A stretch of DNA of 64,000 nucleotides from Nageia nagi (taxonomy: Eukaryota > Plantae > Pinophyta). How positions within the stretch are numbered: the stretch's first letter is position 1; each line of letters starts with the position of its first letter. The stretch lies in contig JBITNC010000001.1 of assembly GCA_050084985.1 (NCBI GenBank), positions 81,220,001 to 81,284,000 on the forward strand, written 5' to 3'. A model generated the notes under the pieces. The model did no database searches, had not been told where the DNA came from, and saw only the letters and a program-made list of their open reading frames with translations. Below, piece by piece: positions 38,701 to 51,157 of this stretch. Made by a program: the position numbers and the translations under genes.

Positions 38701-40589
38701 CTATTATTCTTTCATAATCACACTTTGAAGATAGCGTAACATTTTGCCATTATTTATTCTTTCATCCCTTTCACTTAATTCCTATTTCTTGCTTCCCTTT
38801 CATTTTTTTTGTAAATATTGAAATTGATCTTTATTCTTTGTACTTAGTCAATTTTATCAAATTTTACTTAAGTCTAGGTAGTTTCAAGTGCTATCAATAG
38901 TTTGGGTGTTGTCTATATATATAAGCATTAAATATTTTATTTTGTAGCTTAACTACTATCTCATTCAAAAGTGGGTGTTTTCATAATTCCTAGAAGTTGA
39001 ATATAACATAATCGGGTGTTTTCTAGTAACTATACATAGGTTTGAGATCATAAGGCACTATCAATATGTCAAATTCATGTTTGGGAAGTGATGTAGTATG
39101 ATCAAGAAATACCATAACATGTAAGGAAAGTAAATGTCTAATTTTGATCCAAGTATTATAGAAGTATATGTATTTTCGGGAAGAATTGTAAATATGAGTC
39201 TCTATAGAGTTAAAATTACTAGCGGCTAATGTTATAAAGCCCATGGATTTCCAGAGAGAAAGTTCTATCATACATCCAAAATTAGAGGGATATATTTTAG
39301 AAAGTGCATCCTCTAGAGCCCTCTAATTTTGAGTGATGATATCATATTTTTGTGTAAAATAGCTAGGTTCTAAGATGATCATTAATGGAAGTGCTTAGAG
39401 GATGTTCAATAGGAGATATTTTAGGGAGTTCATCTTCCAGAGCCCATTGATTTTGAATGATGATGTTAGAAATTTTACCAAAAATTGATGAGTGTTAAAG
39501 TAAGTCTCTGCCATTAAGAAATCCCACCAAAGGAAAATAGAGCCTACTATACTAAAATAAGAATAATGAGTTAAATAGAACTCTCGGGTTCACTTAATCA
39601 TGAGATTTTGAACCTCAAGTATCTATCAATGTGTTGACTACAAATAATTTCCACATGACAGTAATAGTTATTCCTTGGATATCAATGATACACCCTTAAT
39701 TACTCTCACTATTCCATGCAACCCAGAGCTACAATAATCATCATAAGTGGTTATACAGAGTTAGATGGGTTCTATTAGAGCATAGAGACAAATGGTACCA
39801 ATCAAGCCAATGGACCATACCTTCACAATTAGATACAATTATAGTATGGTGTAGTCAACAACAGATTAGAGGGATCATGCTTGGGAAGTATAGTAATTTA
39901 GAAATAATAAACTTCTAGACCTTGGCATTGATTGTACTTAGTCATTGTGTAATCTAGCATAGTTGTAATTATAAATTGTATATTTGTAAATAGTTCTTTA
40001 GGATGTTTTTAGTCAATGAAGTAATTAAGTGCAATAATTATGGACAACCACCTAATTGTAAATATTAACATATAAATAGTGGATTGTTATAGGTCCAAAA
40101 GGTCAAACATTCTAAAAAATTTGCCTAGTTTATCAAATGTTTTCATGTGTGATAATACAATGCAATGATTCTTTTCCCTTTATAGTTTGTGGTTGTTTGT
40201 TATGTTTTGTAAATGTTATGCATGAAGTATTATCTTAAGTTGTGGCTGTGTATTGTGATTGCAAGACCCTAAGAATAAGATTGTCTCCTATTCTTATACT
40301 TGGCTATGGATTATTTCCTACATCGTGATGCCCAAGCTAGTTAGTGTTCATTTTCTTTCTTTATTTAATGTGTTCATCTCTTTCCTATTAATCTTATCTT
40401 TCTATCTCATTGCAGTTACTTTTAACCTTTACCATAGATAGGAACCAATCTATAACATGAAGATTGAGTAGAAAACCCCAACCAACGCACTATCCTACCA
40501 TTGTTTGCTCTTTCAAGAACCCTACTATCATAGGTAATGGAGAACATGAACAAACCAAACCCTTGAGGTTACATTATACTGATAAACAA

Positions 40590-42605
40590 CACACTATCCA
40601 TAAATTAGGTTATACACTACACCTAAACAATTACAAAACTATTATGATTGGCCATACACTTGCAAAATATTTTACTATAGATCTTGATATTTTTATCTCC
40701 AATTTTGTTAAGGTTCAAAAACTTCATGTCAAAGGGAAAGCTAGTTTAGAAAGAAATCATCACATTGTTGATCATACTCTAACTATCAAGACCATCATTG
40801 AAGAATATAAATCTAATAAACATAGGATCTATTATTATTTTATTAATTTTAGGAAGGTATTTTATACTATTCCAAAATAGTTACTACTTCATAGGTTGAA
40901 GGATTTAGGAAAATTTCCAAAGAAGGTTACTTTGTTGGTTATGTCCTTATTTGAAAAATTTATTAGATAGGTTGAAATTGGATCTATGACAACAAACAAT
41001 GTTTACAATACCATAGGGGTTAAATAAGGATGTCTAGTTTCACTTACACCCTTAATATTGTATATTGATGAATTGGAGATGCTCATTATGGAATATTTGA
41101 ATAATATAATAGGTTTCTTACTTTTTAGTAGTGTTATTACTATTTTCTATTTAATGATTATATTATCCTAATATCACACACAACAACAAGACTTCACCAA
41201 TAGCTGAACATACTTAACACATACTCTGACTTGCATGACCTAGAAGTTAGTCTCCAAAAAATAAAAATCATGACATTCAACCTACAAAAGAAAGATCTCT
41301 CAGTTTATCACATCATACACATACTTTGGTGTTCTTCTCACAGGACCTACCTTCAAGTTGATCCTTGCATCTCAAGAAAGGTTAAACAAAGGTTATGTTT
41401 CCTTAAGACTCTTTGAAAAAGTGATGCTTTTAGGTTTAGTTTCAAGACATCAACATGAATATCAGACTCTTCCACACTCTTGTTACTCCTACACTAATCT
41501 ATTGCTATGAAATTTGGGAGTTTGATGCTTGTCCATTATTTACAACAACACTATTTCATATTATATTTTTGTTGTGTAGACTTTATTGTATGAAAAATAT
41601 TGATGAGCTGGTTTGATATGATATCCATATTTAGCACTATAGTCAATTCAATACAATTGGCCAATCAAGGGGTAAAAAATTGTTGGTATGTTTAAACTAC
41701 AATCTTATTTCAATCTCTTGACTTGAACATCATGGGATCTCCTACTAAGTCATTAATCAATGCATTGTATTCTAATAAGGAGATTTGAGATAAGATTTTT
41801 TCAACATATATAGGAATTATTTGGATTGATCCAAAGGAATCTTTAATACTAAAAATGCTCCATTACTCTTACTTTTATCTCCAACTAGAGAATGGATTGA
41901 TCGCTACTCCAAAATATAACCTGATACAAATGTCACTCAACCTTAGGTTTCCTATAGCCTAGCTACAAGTTTTCTCCCACCAATTGCATATTGAGTTAGA
42001 TCATCACTTCCCTAGAGATCAACATATTTGGAAATTTTGAAATCTTGATGTCAAATTTGAGGAGCATTTCATTTTCACTTGTCTTGTTTACTATGAGATA
42101 CATGGTAGATATTATTGCTTATTCATAAACATCTATACACTAAAATCTTATATTAGTAATTAATTATGAATACCAAAGATACATCTCCCTTTTCATTAGG
42201 GAATTATTCAAGCTTAAGAAAGTCCTACTTAGTAATATTTTGAAGAAGACAACTAAATCTAGACTCATCCCTTCATTCTTCCATCCTTAAGAAGCCATAA
42301 CTAGGAAGCGATAGGGTGACCATTAAAAAGATACAATAAGATCAATTGACTATTGACTCCAACAAAGACCATCTATGATGACATCGAACTCCTACATCAC
42401 TCACTTATTTTCAATATTAAATGTAGCAAGTAATCCTTGATTTGCAAATTTTGTATATTATTTATTATACTTGTTAGTTATTTTATTTATTTTCTCTTGA
42501 GATGCATTAGGCACTCCCATTGCTTTTGTATAAGTCTATCTTACTATCCCATTGACCTCTTTTAGTCACCAATGGACATTAATATAAAATTCAAATTCAA
42601 ATTCA
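40590..42605 (+). mobile_element. 5'-truncated decayed LINE (RTE/RTEX-like)
   Basis: RT motifs NNYKTIMIGHTLAK, DHTLTIKTIIE, FINFRKVFYTIP and TIGVK*GC. A C-terminal EEHFIFTC..Y zinc-knuckle remnant lies at ~42060, and the 3' tail is (AAATTC)3 at 42587-42605. Confidence 0.8.
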
Positions 42606-43099
42606 TTAGAAGATTCCATATCTCAAGATCCTCACAAATCAAGATCATGTTGATCATTGCCTTTGTATGTGAGGAATAATTTACTTGAGCAATATGATCT
42701 CTACACTTGCCATTTGGCATTTACAAAGATACTTCTACAACCAACTCTTCTTGTCATGTCAATGTCTAGGGCATTTGGTCGACCACCTCTTAGCTAATTG
42801 TGGGTTGAGGTTATGGCTGTGGTACTAATGGCTCGTATGATAATACTGGTCCTAGAGATGATTCAGGTGATATTAATGAGCTTCGACATTATATGGAGGA
42901 AGATGTCAAAAATTTGCACAATCCTCCCATCGCATAAACTTAATGATGGCTTAGTCTCTTTACTCATTTTTTAATAAATAATATTAACAAAATTTCATGA
43001 GTTCTAAGACTATATAATTTTTGTTGCTTCTCCTAACCCTCTTAAATTAATTTCAACTTATATGCAATATATTTTAAATCCACCTTCTTTATATATATA

Positions 43100-43402
43100 T
43101 ATTTTCTAGATAGGGGTATTTTAGAATCGCTAATGCTCAGTTACACTATTTCTAAGAGGCAAGTTAATGATTGAATAAATATTTGATTAAATGTAATTAA
43201 AAAATAACATTTCAGGTAGTTTTGTGTTAGTATCAATAAGAATTATTTTTAGAATATATATATATATATATTGTTATTCATACAAAGATAAAACTACCTA
43301 GAATGTTATCCTTTAATTACATTTAATCAAATGTTTACTCAATCATTGATTTATCCTTCACAAGTGGTGTAATTGAACATTTGTAATTCTAATTACCCCT
43401 AC
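43100..43402. repeat. Imperfect inverted repeat centred on (TA)n, upstream of the laccase
   Basis: 43100-43255 is the reverse complement of 34410-34568 and is related to the adjacent 43272-43402 arm. The spacer is (TA)n at 43254-43271. Confidence 0.8.
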
Positions 43403-43768
43403 ACATCTCTAGACGCAAATAAATTGGAGTCATGTTAATCTTAATCGAGCTGAAATTTTATTTGGTCAAATATCAAATATATTTGAAATTAGAGTAATAA
43501 TTGCTCTCAACAATTCTGAAAGGCTTCCGAGAATATCAACTTCAAAAAAATGGTAAGTTGAGGAAGGTTTTATCCCAATAGGGATGGGCTGCTCACTGCA
43601 CCCTAAACATAGATTGGAAAGAAAAGAGGTCATCCCGAAGAGCTAATTCCGTGGTCTCCATCGTTCTCCTGCTCCACCTTTATACCTGCCAATCGGCCAG
43701 TCAAAATTCTATTTGATACTGTCGCTGCTTAAAGCTACCGCCCATCTGTTTTACAGGACCGAGACAAG

Positions 43769-43867
43769 AGTTGGTATTCCTTTCTTGCTACGCATATCAT
43801 AAGCCCATCGCTGTAACAAAATTGTGCACCAACCCATGACCGCCCCTTACAATATTTGTTATAAATA
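43769..43867 (+). promoter_or_regulatory. Laccase proximal promoter: SMRE/AC elements, SNBE and TATA box
   Basis: AGTTGGT (ACCAACT on the minus strand) at 43769-43775, SNBE-consensus TTCCTTTCTTGCTACGCAT at 43777-43795, AC-II ACCAACC at 43828-43834 and TATAAATA at 43860-43867. Confidence 0.65.
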
Positions 43868-43965
43868 TGAAAGGCTTAGGGTGTAGTATTGCATGAGCAA
43901 GCAAGAATCCCATATTGTTACATTATATCCATTGCCCAAAACGAGAACAGCGGAGAGAGGAAGCG

Positions 43966-46194
43966 ATGGTTAGATCGGGAGATAGTTGTTTTTGGTTTTG
44001 TGACAGAATTCCTCAACTGCTAGTGCTGCAATTTTTGTTGGGCATGTTTGTTTTACTCACACCCGCCATAGCAACGCATTGGCAGACAACCAGACATTAC
44101 AAATTCGACGTAAGTAAACAAGACGTCTTGATTTTGTTGTTCCTTTCCGAGGGATATGTCCTATTGATATTAAGGATGGCACTCTGATGATGTGATGCAG
44201 GTGAGGGTGAAGAACGTAACTCGTCTTTGCAAGACAAAACCTCTGGTAACGGTGAATGGCAAGTATCCAGGACCTACTATCCGCGCCCGCGAGGGTGATC
44301 GCGTCGTCATCAAAGTCACCAACCACGCCAAAGACAACGTCTCCATTCACTGGTAACGAGACGGATACACTCTATTACCCAATTGCATTGCGTTAACTTG
44401 AGCATTATGTCACGTATAGATACCTAACTGATGGGTGTTGAATTTGACCTATAAAAATGAAGGCACGGCATTAGACAACTGAGAACTGGATGGGCAGATG
44501 GTCCTGCTTATGTCACTCAATGCCCAATTCAAACAGGCAACTCCTACGTCTACAACTTCACCATCACCGGACAGAGAGGAACTCTGTGGTGGCACGCTCA
44601 CATTTCATGGATAAGGGCTTCTGTCTACGGAGCCTTCATCATCTATCCCAAACACCACCAGTCCTACCCATTTCCAAAGCCGTATGCAGAAGTTCCTATT
44701 ATTTTTGGTGAGAGTGATATGAGACGAATGTTAGCTCTAGCATATCTTTGTTTTAACAACATGATGATAATGAGTTAAGAATATGGGTACGCAGGAGAAT
44801 GGTGGAATGCAGACACTGAGAAAGTGATAAACCAATCTCTTCAGACGGGAGCAGGTCCCAACGTCTCCGATGCTTACACTATGAACGGACTCCCTGGGCC
44901 TCTTTACAACTGTTCCAATATTTCAGGTAATGCTACGAACTCAACCCTAGACATAATATGAGCTACACACTTAGATGTATAGATTCAGATCTGATTATGC
45001 ATTTGGATGTGGATGCGCAGATACCTTGGTGATGAATGTTGTCCCGGGGAAAACATATCTCCTTCGTCTAATCAACGCTGCACTCAACGACGAACTCTTC
45101 TTCGGCATCGCCAATCACAGCATGACAGTGGTAGAGGTGGATGCAGTCTACACCAAACCCTTCCAGACGAATACCATCATGATAACCCCAGGCCAAACCA
45201 CAAGCGTACTCCTCAGAACCAATCCCACTACTAATGCAAGCAACTTCTACATGGCAGCACTTCCGTACGCCACAGGCCAGGGAACATTTGACAACTCCAC
45301 AGTCGCAGGGATCCTGAGCTACGCCAACTTAACCGCAAATGCTAGTGTTTCCAACTTCACTCTTACTAACACTAGTTTTATGATGCCGAGCCTTCCAGCA
45401 CTGAACGATACCTCATCCGCCACCAACTATACAAATAAGTTAAGAAGCTTAGCAAATGCGCAGTTTCCAGCACTGGTGCCGCAGACAGTGGACAAGAAAT
45501 TCTTCTTCACGGTGGGTCTGGGATTGAACTCATGCCCACAAGGGCAGACTTGTCAAGGCCCTAACGGAACCAAATTCACCGCCGCCATCAACAACATTTC
45601 GTTCGTTTTGCCCACCACTGCTCTGCTGCAAGCGCACTACTTTGGGCAGAAGAAAGTGTATAGGACCAACTTTCCGGACAATCCGCCGTTCCCTTTCAAC
45701 TACACGGGGAATCAGCCCAACAACACGAACGCCAAGAACGGGACGAGAGTGAGAGTGCTGGCATTCAACGCAACGGTGCAGTTGGTTCTGCAAGACACGA
45801 GCATCGCGGGCGTGGAGAACCACCCTCTCCACCTGCATGGGTTCAACTTCTTCGTGGTGGGCATGGGGTTCGGCAACTACAACGAATCAAGCGATGCGCC
45901 GCAGTTCAACCTCGTCGACCCTCCCGAGCGTAACACGGTGGGAGTGCCCTCTGGCGGGTGGGTTGCACTGCGCTTCAGAGCGGATAATCCAGGTTGTACT
46001 TTGAACTGCAATTTTGTTATTTGTTTATATGATGATGGAGAGTAATGTAAATGTGGATGTCAGGAGTGTGGTTCATGCATTGCCATCTGGAGGTTCACAC
46101 CAGCTGGGGATTGAAGATGGCGTGGGTTGTGAAGAATGGCAAGGGACCTCTTCAATCTCTCCTTCCGCCGCCGTCAGATCTTCCGCCCTGCTAA
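43966..46194 (+). CDS. LAC: Laccase (multicopper oxidase), LAC17/LAC2-like, 591 aa, 6 exons
   Basis: Exons are 43966-44109, 44201-44352, 44463-44707, 44795-44926, 45021-45992 and 46064-46194 (1776 nt). All introns are GT-AG and the frame is intact. It has a signal peptide, copper motifs HWHG, WWHAH, HPLHLHG and [12 protein letters not shown], and the C-terminus PPPSDLPPC. An AATAAA lies at 46302. Confidence 0.97.
45070..45090 (+). promoter_or_regulatory. miR397 target site
   Basis: AATCAACGCTGCACTCAACGA matches the complement of miR397 (CATCAACGCTGCACTCAATGA) at 19 of 21 positions, at the usual INAALND location. Confidence 0.9.
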
Positions 46195-47020
46195 AACACA
46201 AATCACCGCAGGCTCTTCTCATCGTGCTGCTTTTCGTCTCCCGATGTTCAAACAAACGAAAATAGTTGCGTTTTGTTAGAGTGAATTATGTCCTACTTCT
46301 CAATAAAATAAATCTGAGTCCTACATTTTCTTTTTGCCCATGTTTTTATACTGGTAGTTTAAGAGATAAATCACGATGGAGCTTCAGTCAATATCTTTGC
46401 TTTGTTCAACTAAAATCGAAGTGAAGAATCAACATCCAGAAAATGTCTAGTGGGCACCAACTAAACACACTGAATAATTCATGGTAACTTCAAACAATGC
46501 AACTTTTTACAAAGCTTACAATTAGCATATTGTTAACTTATAAAAGCATATGGAGAATTCGTAACATATGATTAACACTATGGAGAATTTGTAACATATG
46601 ATTAACACGCACATACAAGTTGTTAGTGGTACCACTCTATATCGTACCTTTTATTATGTTGTTATATTTTTTAATCATGATAAGATAGGTTCCACTTTTC
46701 AAAGTGACATTATGATATTATTTATGGATTAAATATAATCCTTGAAGTGTATATGCTTATATATTATTTAAATCGAAGCAAAAGAGATAATTTGAAGGTT
46801 TGAACATGATCTTTGAAAGGCAAAGTTAATATTAGATTTAAGATTCAATATAAGATAAGATTGCATTCTAAGAAATGTCTTTTTTATATTTCTTCTAGAT
46901 ATTATGTTTCATTATCTCTAAAAAAATGTATATAAGTTGATTTTAATAAATATAAATCAATTATGAAAATGCTTTATACTAAGAAGTATAAAGTGTTATG
47001 GATCTTATAAGGTAAAATTC

Positions 47021-47232
47021 AAACTACCAGGAAGTTAATCTCTTATATGTAAGATAAGTGGAAACAGTTTACATGATTCCTAAATGAAGATGTTGAATTT
47101 AATTGGGATTAAGAATATAAAGAAACTCCAAACTATCAGAAAGTTAATCTCTTAGGTGTAAGATAAGTGGAAACAATTTACAAGATTACTAAATAAGGAT
47201 GTTGAATTTGGGACTAAGAATATAAAGAAACT
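47021..47232. repeat. Tandem duplication, 2 x ~105 bp
   Basis: AAACTAyCAG.AAGTTAATCTCTTA...AAGAATATAAAGAAACT occurs at 47021 and ~47131. Confidence 0.85.
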
Positions 47233-47478
47233 TTTGGTGTTATCAAGAAAAATCACTTAGCCCTTTTTTTTGTTTCTCCTATTCTAGAAAGATACTTATT
47301 ACTAGATATTTTAGCCATAACATGTGCAATATGAGGCAAGTTAGTATAAAATGATAAAGAAGGAAAAAAAAAGAAGTAATGCTTAGCTATAACATTTTTC
47401 GAAAAGACATTTAGATTGTATATATTGAGTAACAAAACTTATGTATTAGTAAAACCATTTCTTTGAGATGCATATTAT

Positions 47479-48760
47479 GGGCGGATGTAAGAAGTTGGGT
47501 CCACTTAAGGTGGACACTTATTACTTGGAAAACAAGTGGGCTAAAATGAAATTTCAATTTTTAAAGATCGAAGTTTCATTTTGGTTCCACATCCTGAACC
47601 AAAAATGAAATGAAATTTTGGTCTTTTATAATTGAAATTTCATTTTTGGTTTGGGATTTAAAGACCAAAATTTTATTTCGTAAAACTATAACCCCAACCT
47701 AAAAGCCTCATTGGACCTCATTCTCTCCTCTCCAAAATGAGATTTTGGGTTTATGGTGATATGAGGCTGTGCTCCAGAATGATATTTCATTTTTTTGTAC
47801 CCTAAATCCATTTTTCATTTCCTTGCATCCTCCTTGCAACCCTCTCTAGCTATTTGGGTACCCTGTTTCTTCCATGTCTACTTTTTTTGCAATAAAATGA
47901 AGAATTTGGTAAAAAATTAAGTTATTTAGGGTTTATTTTTTACTTATTTTTTCAATAATATTACGGTTTACATTTTACTATTTTTTCAATCTTAAATGTT
48001 AGATGGTTAACACCTGTAGAATATTAGAATTGAACAATTTGTAGGTATTACAATGTAGATATCGTAGAAGATAAGACTTGAGCTTTCTCTTTTTTTGCTT
48101 ACTTTACAAAGTGTTTTGGATGTTTGCCTATGCCCAAGTCTATGTATAGATTAACTAACGATCTCCCCTACCTACTCATATGAATTTTTAAATTGATGAT
48201 TTGCAATGTACACTAGAATTAGACAATGAAAATCTTCCCTTCAAATGCTACCTTTACCAAGAGTATAACCAACTTACTCATTAGATTGCAAACCAAGAAT
48301 CTCTTCCTTGCATTTTGGGTGATGACTTGAATGTTATAAGACACGTACGAGAAATTGAATGAGGGATAATACATATTAAACCATGCATAAATATATAATT
48401 TAATGAATTCATAGACCATTTACATGTAACATACACCTTTTATAAAAATGGGACCTTCACTTGGTCAAATAAAAAACTATTTGATCAAAGAATCCAAAAG
48501 AAAATTGAATGCTTTATATTATCTACACATTAGATGGAAAATAAGATTATTCTTTAGTTATAATTTCTTCCAAATCTAGTAGGTAAAATAATTATTTAAT
48601 GACTTTTTATTGGGAAGAGCCTTCAAAACCTCAAGCTTCTCTCTTTTGATTCCAAAAACTATTGTTATATCATTTTTGATATATTGGTCTTAACTAAAGA
48701 AAGGAAGTGATGATACCATAATGACTGACCCCATGGAGAAGATAAAGATCCTAAAAAGAT
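47479..48760 (+). mobile_element. Truncated TIR DNA element related to 31534-32595
   Basis: Starts GGGCGGATGTAAGAAGTTGGGTCCACTTAAGG (same TIR core), followed by AAAATGAAATTT subterminal motifs. No right TIR was found, so the right boundary is set by the start of the duplicated unit. Confidence 0.5.
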
Positions 48761-50366
48761 TCAAAAAAAGGATATCATTTCATTAAGTCTAACATGCCCA
48801 TGTAATGGATATAAAAGGTTTCTACAAATTAATTTTTGAATATAAAAATTAGCAAATCCATCATGTACTACGAACATGTTTCTTTCAAAACCTAAAAAAA
48901 AAATGTTATATTTTAATTAGATTTTTTTATTTTGTTAGATATAAGACAACAATGCTAATACTACCTTAATGATGTTAATTTTGAAATGGTAAACAATCAT
49001 TTTTAGAAAGATTTAAAAATCATGAATAGAATTAGAAGGTCATTTGTGGAACCATTCAAGGTCATATTTCTCAAGACTATAAGGGAAAATCTTAAGTTAT
49101 AACATATCATCATGAATGAAAGTTTTGCATGATAATTGTAAGTAACAAATAAGAAGAGTAGTATTTTCTTTCACCTTAAATATTAGAAATTTTATAATGT
49201 TGAGCATAGGGAAGGGAAAGATATAAAATCTTACAAGATAAGATATTACTTATCAAGTTAGTGTAATCAAAATGATTATTACTAGGATCATCATAGATGG
49301 TGTTCAATTCCTCTTACATTTGCTTTCCTTCATCTTGGTATTGTTATCAAATAGAATAAATTAGGTTAAGGATAAATATTTGAGGGTTGATAGGTTTTAG
49401 AATCACTATAATATTTTGATAAAATGATGTAATATTTTGGATCAATAAAAAACTAGGATGAGAGGTCATTGTAATATTTAATTTTTACAAAGGGAAATTA
49501 GTTGATGTAGATGACATAAGAAAATAGAAGAGGTTGATTATGATTAGGATTGGGTAACTCAATATCTAATAATTAACACTATACTGGATAATAATTATAA
49601 CTAAAGTAAATATGAAAAGTAATATAGATAACATATATTTAATAATACATATTTGATTTAACTCTTACTCTTGATCTCAATTAATTAGATATGTTTGGTA
49701 TAAATTTTTAATCTTATAACCAAAAAATCATATGAATAAAATTATTTTAGATTGAAATAAAATGATCCAAAATGAAGTATTATTAATGTCCATAGTAAAC
49801 CGAAAGCGACCCAAGGTACTAAGAAAATAGTACATTGAAAACTATAAATAGGGGGGTAAAAAGTTCCAAACCAAAGAGAAAATAAAGAATAAATACAAAT
49901 AGTGAAAAACATATTATATGAAGATGAGGGATCATCCATAATGAGGAATCTATCTCAGCCTCATGAACTAGTCTCTCCTATCATCAGAATTTTATGAATC
50001 ATTATTGAAGAAATTATTGATTTATGTTTATGTGTCATTGATTTGGATTCCCAATGATCTATAAGTAAGCTATCTAATGAGATTTTTGGTGTATGTATGA
50101 TTTGGTGATTGTCATTTTCTTTTTGCCCATATTTTTATATTGCTATTTTAAGAGATATATCATGATGGAGCTTCAGCCAATAGCTTTGCTTTGTTCAACT
50201 AAAATCGGAATGAGGATCCAACACCCAAAACATTTCTTATGGGCACCAACTAAACACTAAATAATTCATGGTAACTTCAAACAATGCAACTTTTTACAAA
50301 GCTAACAATTAGCATATTGTCAACTTATAAAAGAATATGGAGAATTTGTAACATATGATTAACATT
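48760..50366 (+). repeat. Relic tandem unit: laccase far-upstream flank joined to laccase 3' flank, gene missing
   Basis: Matches in order 16610-17483, 31189-31533, 32596-32651, then 46324-46580. It lacks both TE insertions. Confidence 0.88.
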
Positions 50367-51157
50367 AGGTGATATGATGGATGTTGTATTTAAAAAAGAG
50401 ACATGCATTAAAAGATTATAGGCTATGTGTAATAATAATACCCCTACATATCAAAAGATAGTGCAAAAGCTTGAAAATAGTAAAAAAGCTTAAGTAAACA
50501 ATGTTAGTAATAAACATAAAAATAATCCTAAAACTAGGAGGAAGTTCACACCTTTGACTAATACTATTGATAATATTCTTAATGTATTGTTAAAAGAAGA
50601 TCTTATTTAACTTCCTCCTACTATTGAGCCTAAGTTTCCAAATGGTGTCCCTAATTTTTTTTGATATGAGGAATTTTGCAATTATCATAGGGTTCCTAGA
50701 CATATAACATGCAATTAGAGGAATTTAAAGTATATCATACATGATTTAATTAATAAAAAAACTACTAAGATGAATGATGAAGTTACTATAGAACCTAGAC
50801 CTATACATCCTAATAATGTGATTGTACCTCCCTTTTCATCTTACAACTTGATTATGAGTTGATTTAATTTTATTAGAAATTATTTGTGATTTTCTTTGTG
50901 CATTATGAAATGATTGAATTTTTTCCATTATGATTTGTTCATGTGCTATTTATAATGGTGTGAAAATAAAATTTATTACATGCAAAGTTTCCTTTTAAGC
51001 AAATTTTGTTGTTAACTCATAAAATTAAAACTTACAAATTTAAAATGCATTCCCATTTAAGTAAATAAATTGAAAAAATAATCAACCATAATATTTTGAA
51101 CCAAAAAATGATTATATATATATATATTGTATATATATATACAAAATAAGGGAGGTC

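Noticed and set aside
38700-40434. Defined LTR for the 35-38 kb element
   Set aside because: The composition is LTR-like with small internal repeats, but I could not identify a PPT, partner LTR or TSD.
44975-46045. 356-aa ORF as a standalone gene
   Set aside because: It is laccase exon 5 (45021-45992) with read-through into introns 4 and 5.
44057-46265. Overlapping alternative ORFs (44057-44350, 44490-44711, 45007-45234, 45530-45838, 46014-46265, 46073-46255)
   Set aside because: These are off-frame or antisense by-products of GC-rich laccase exons, with no independent support.
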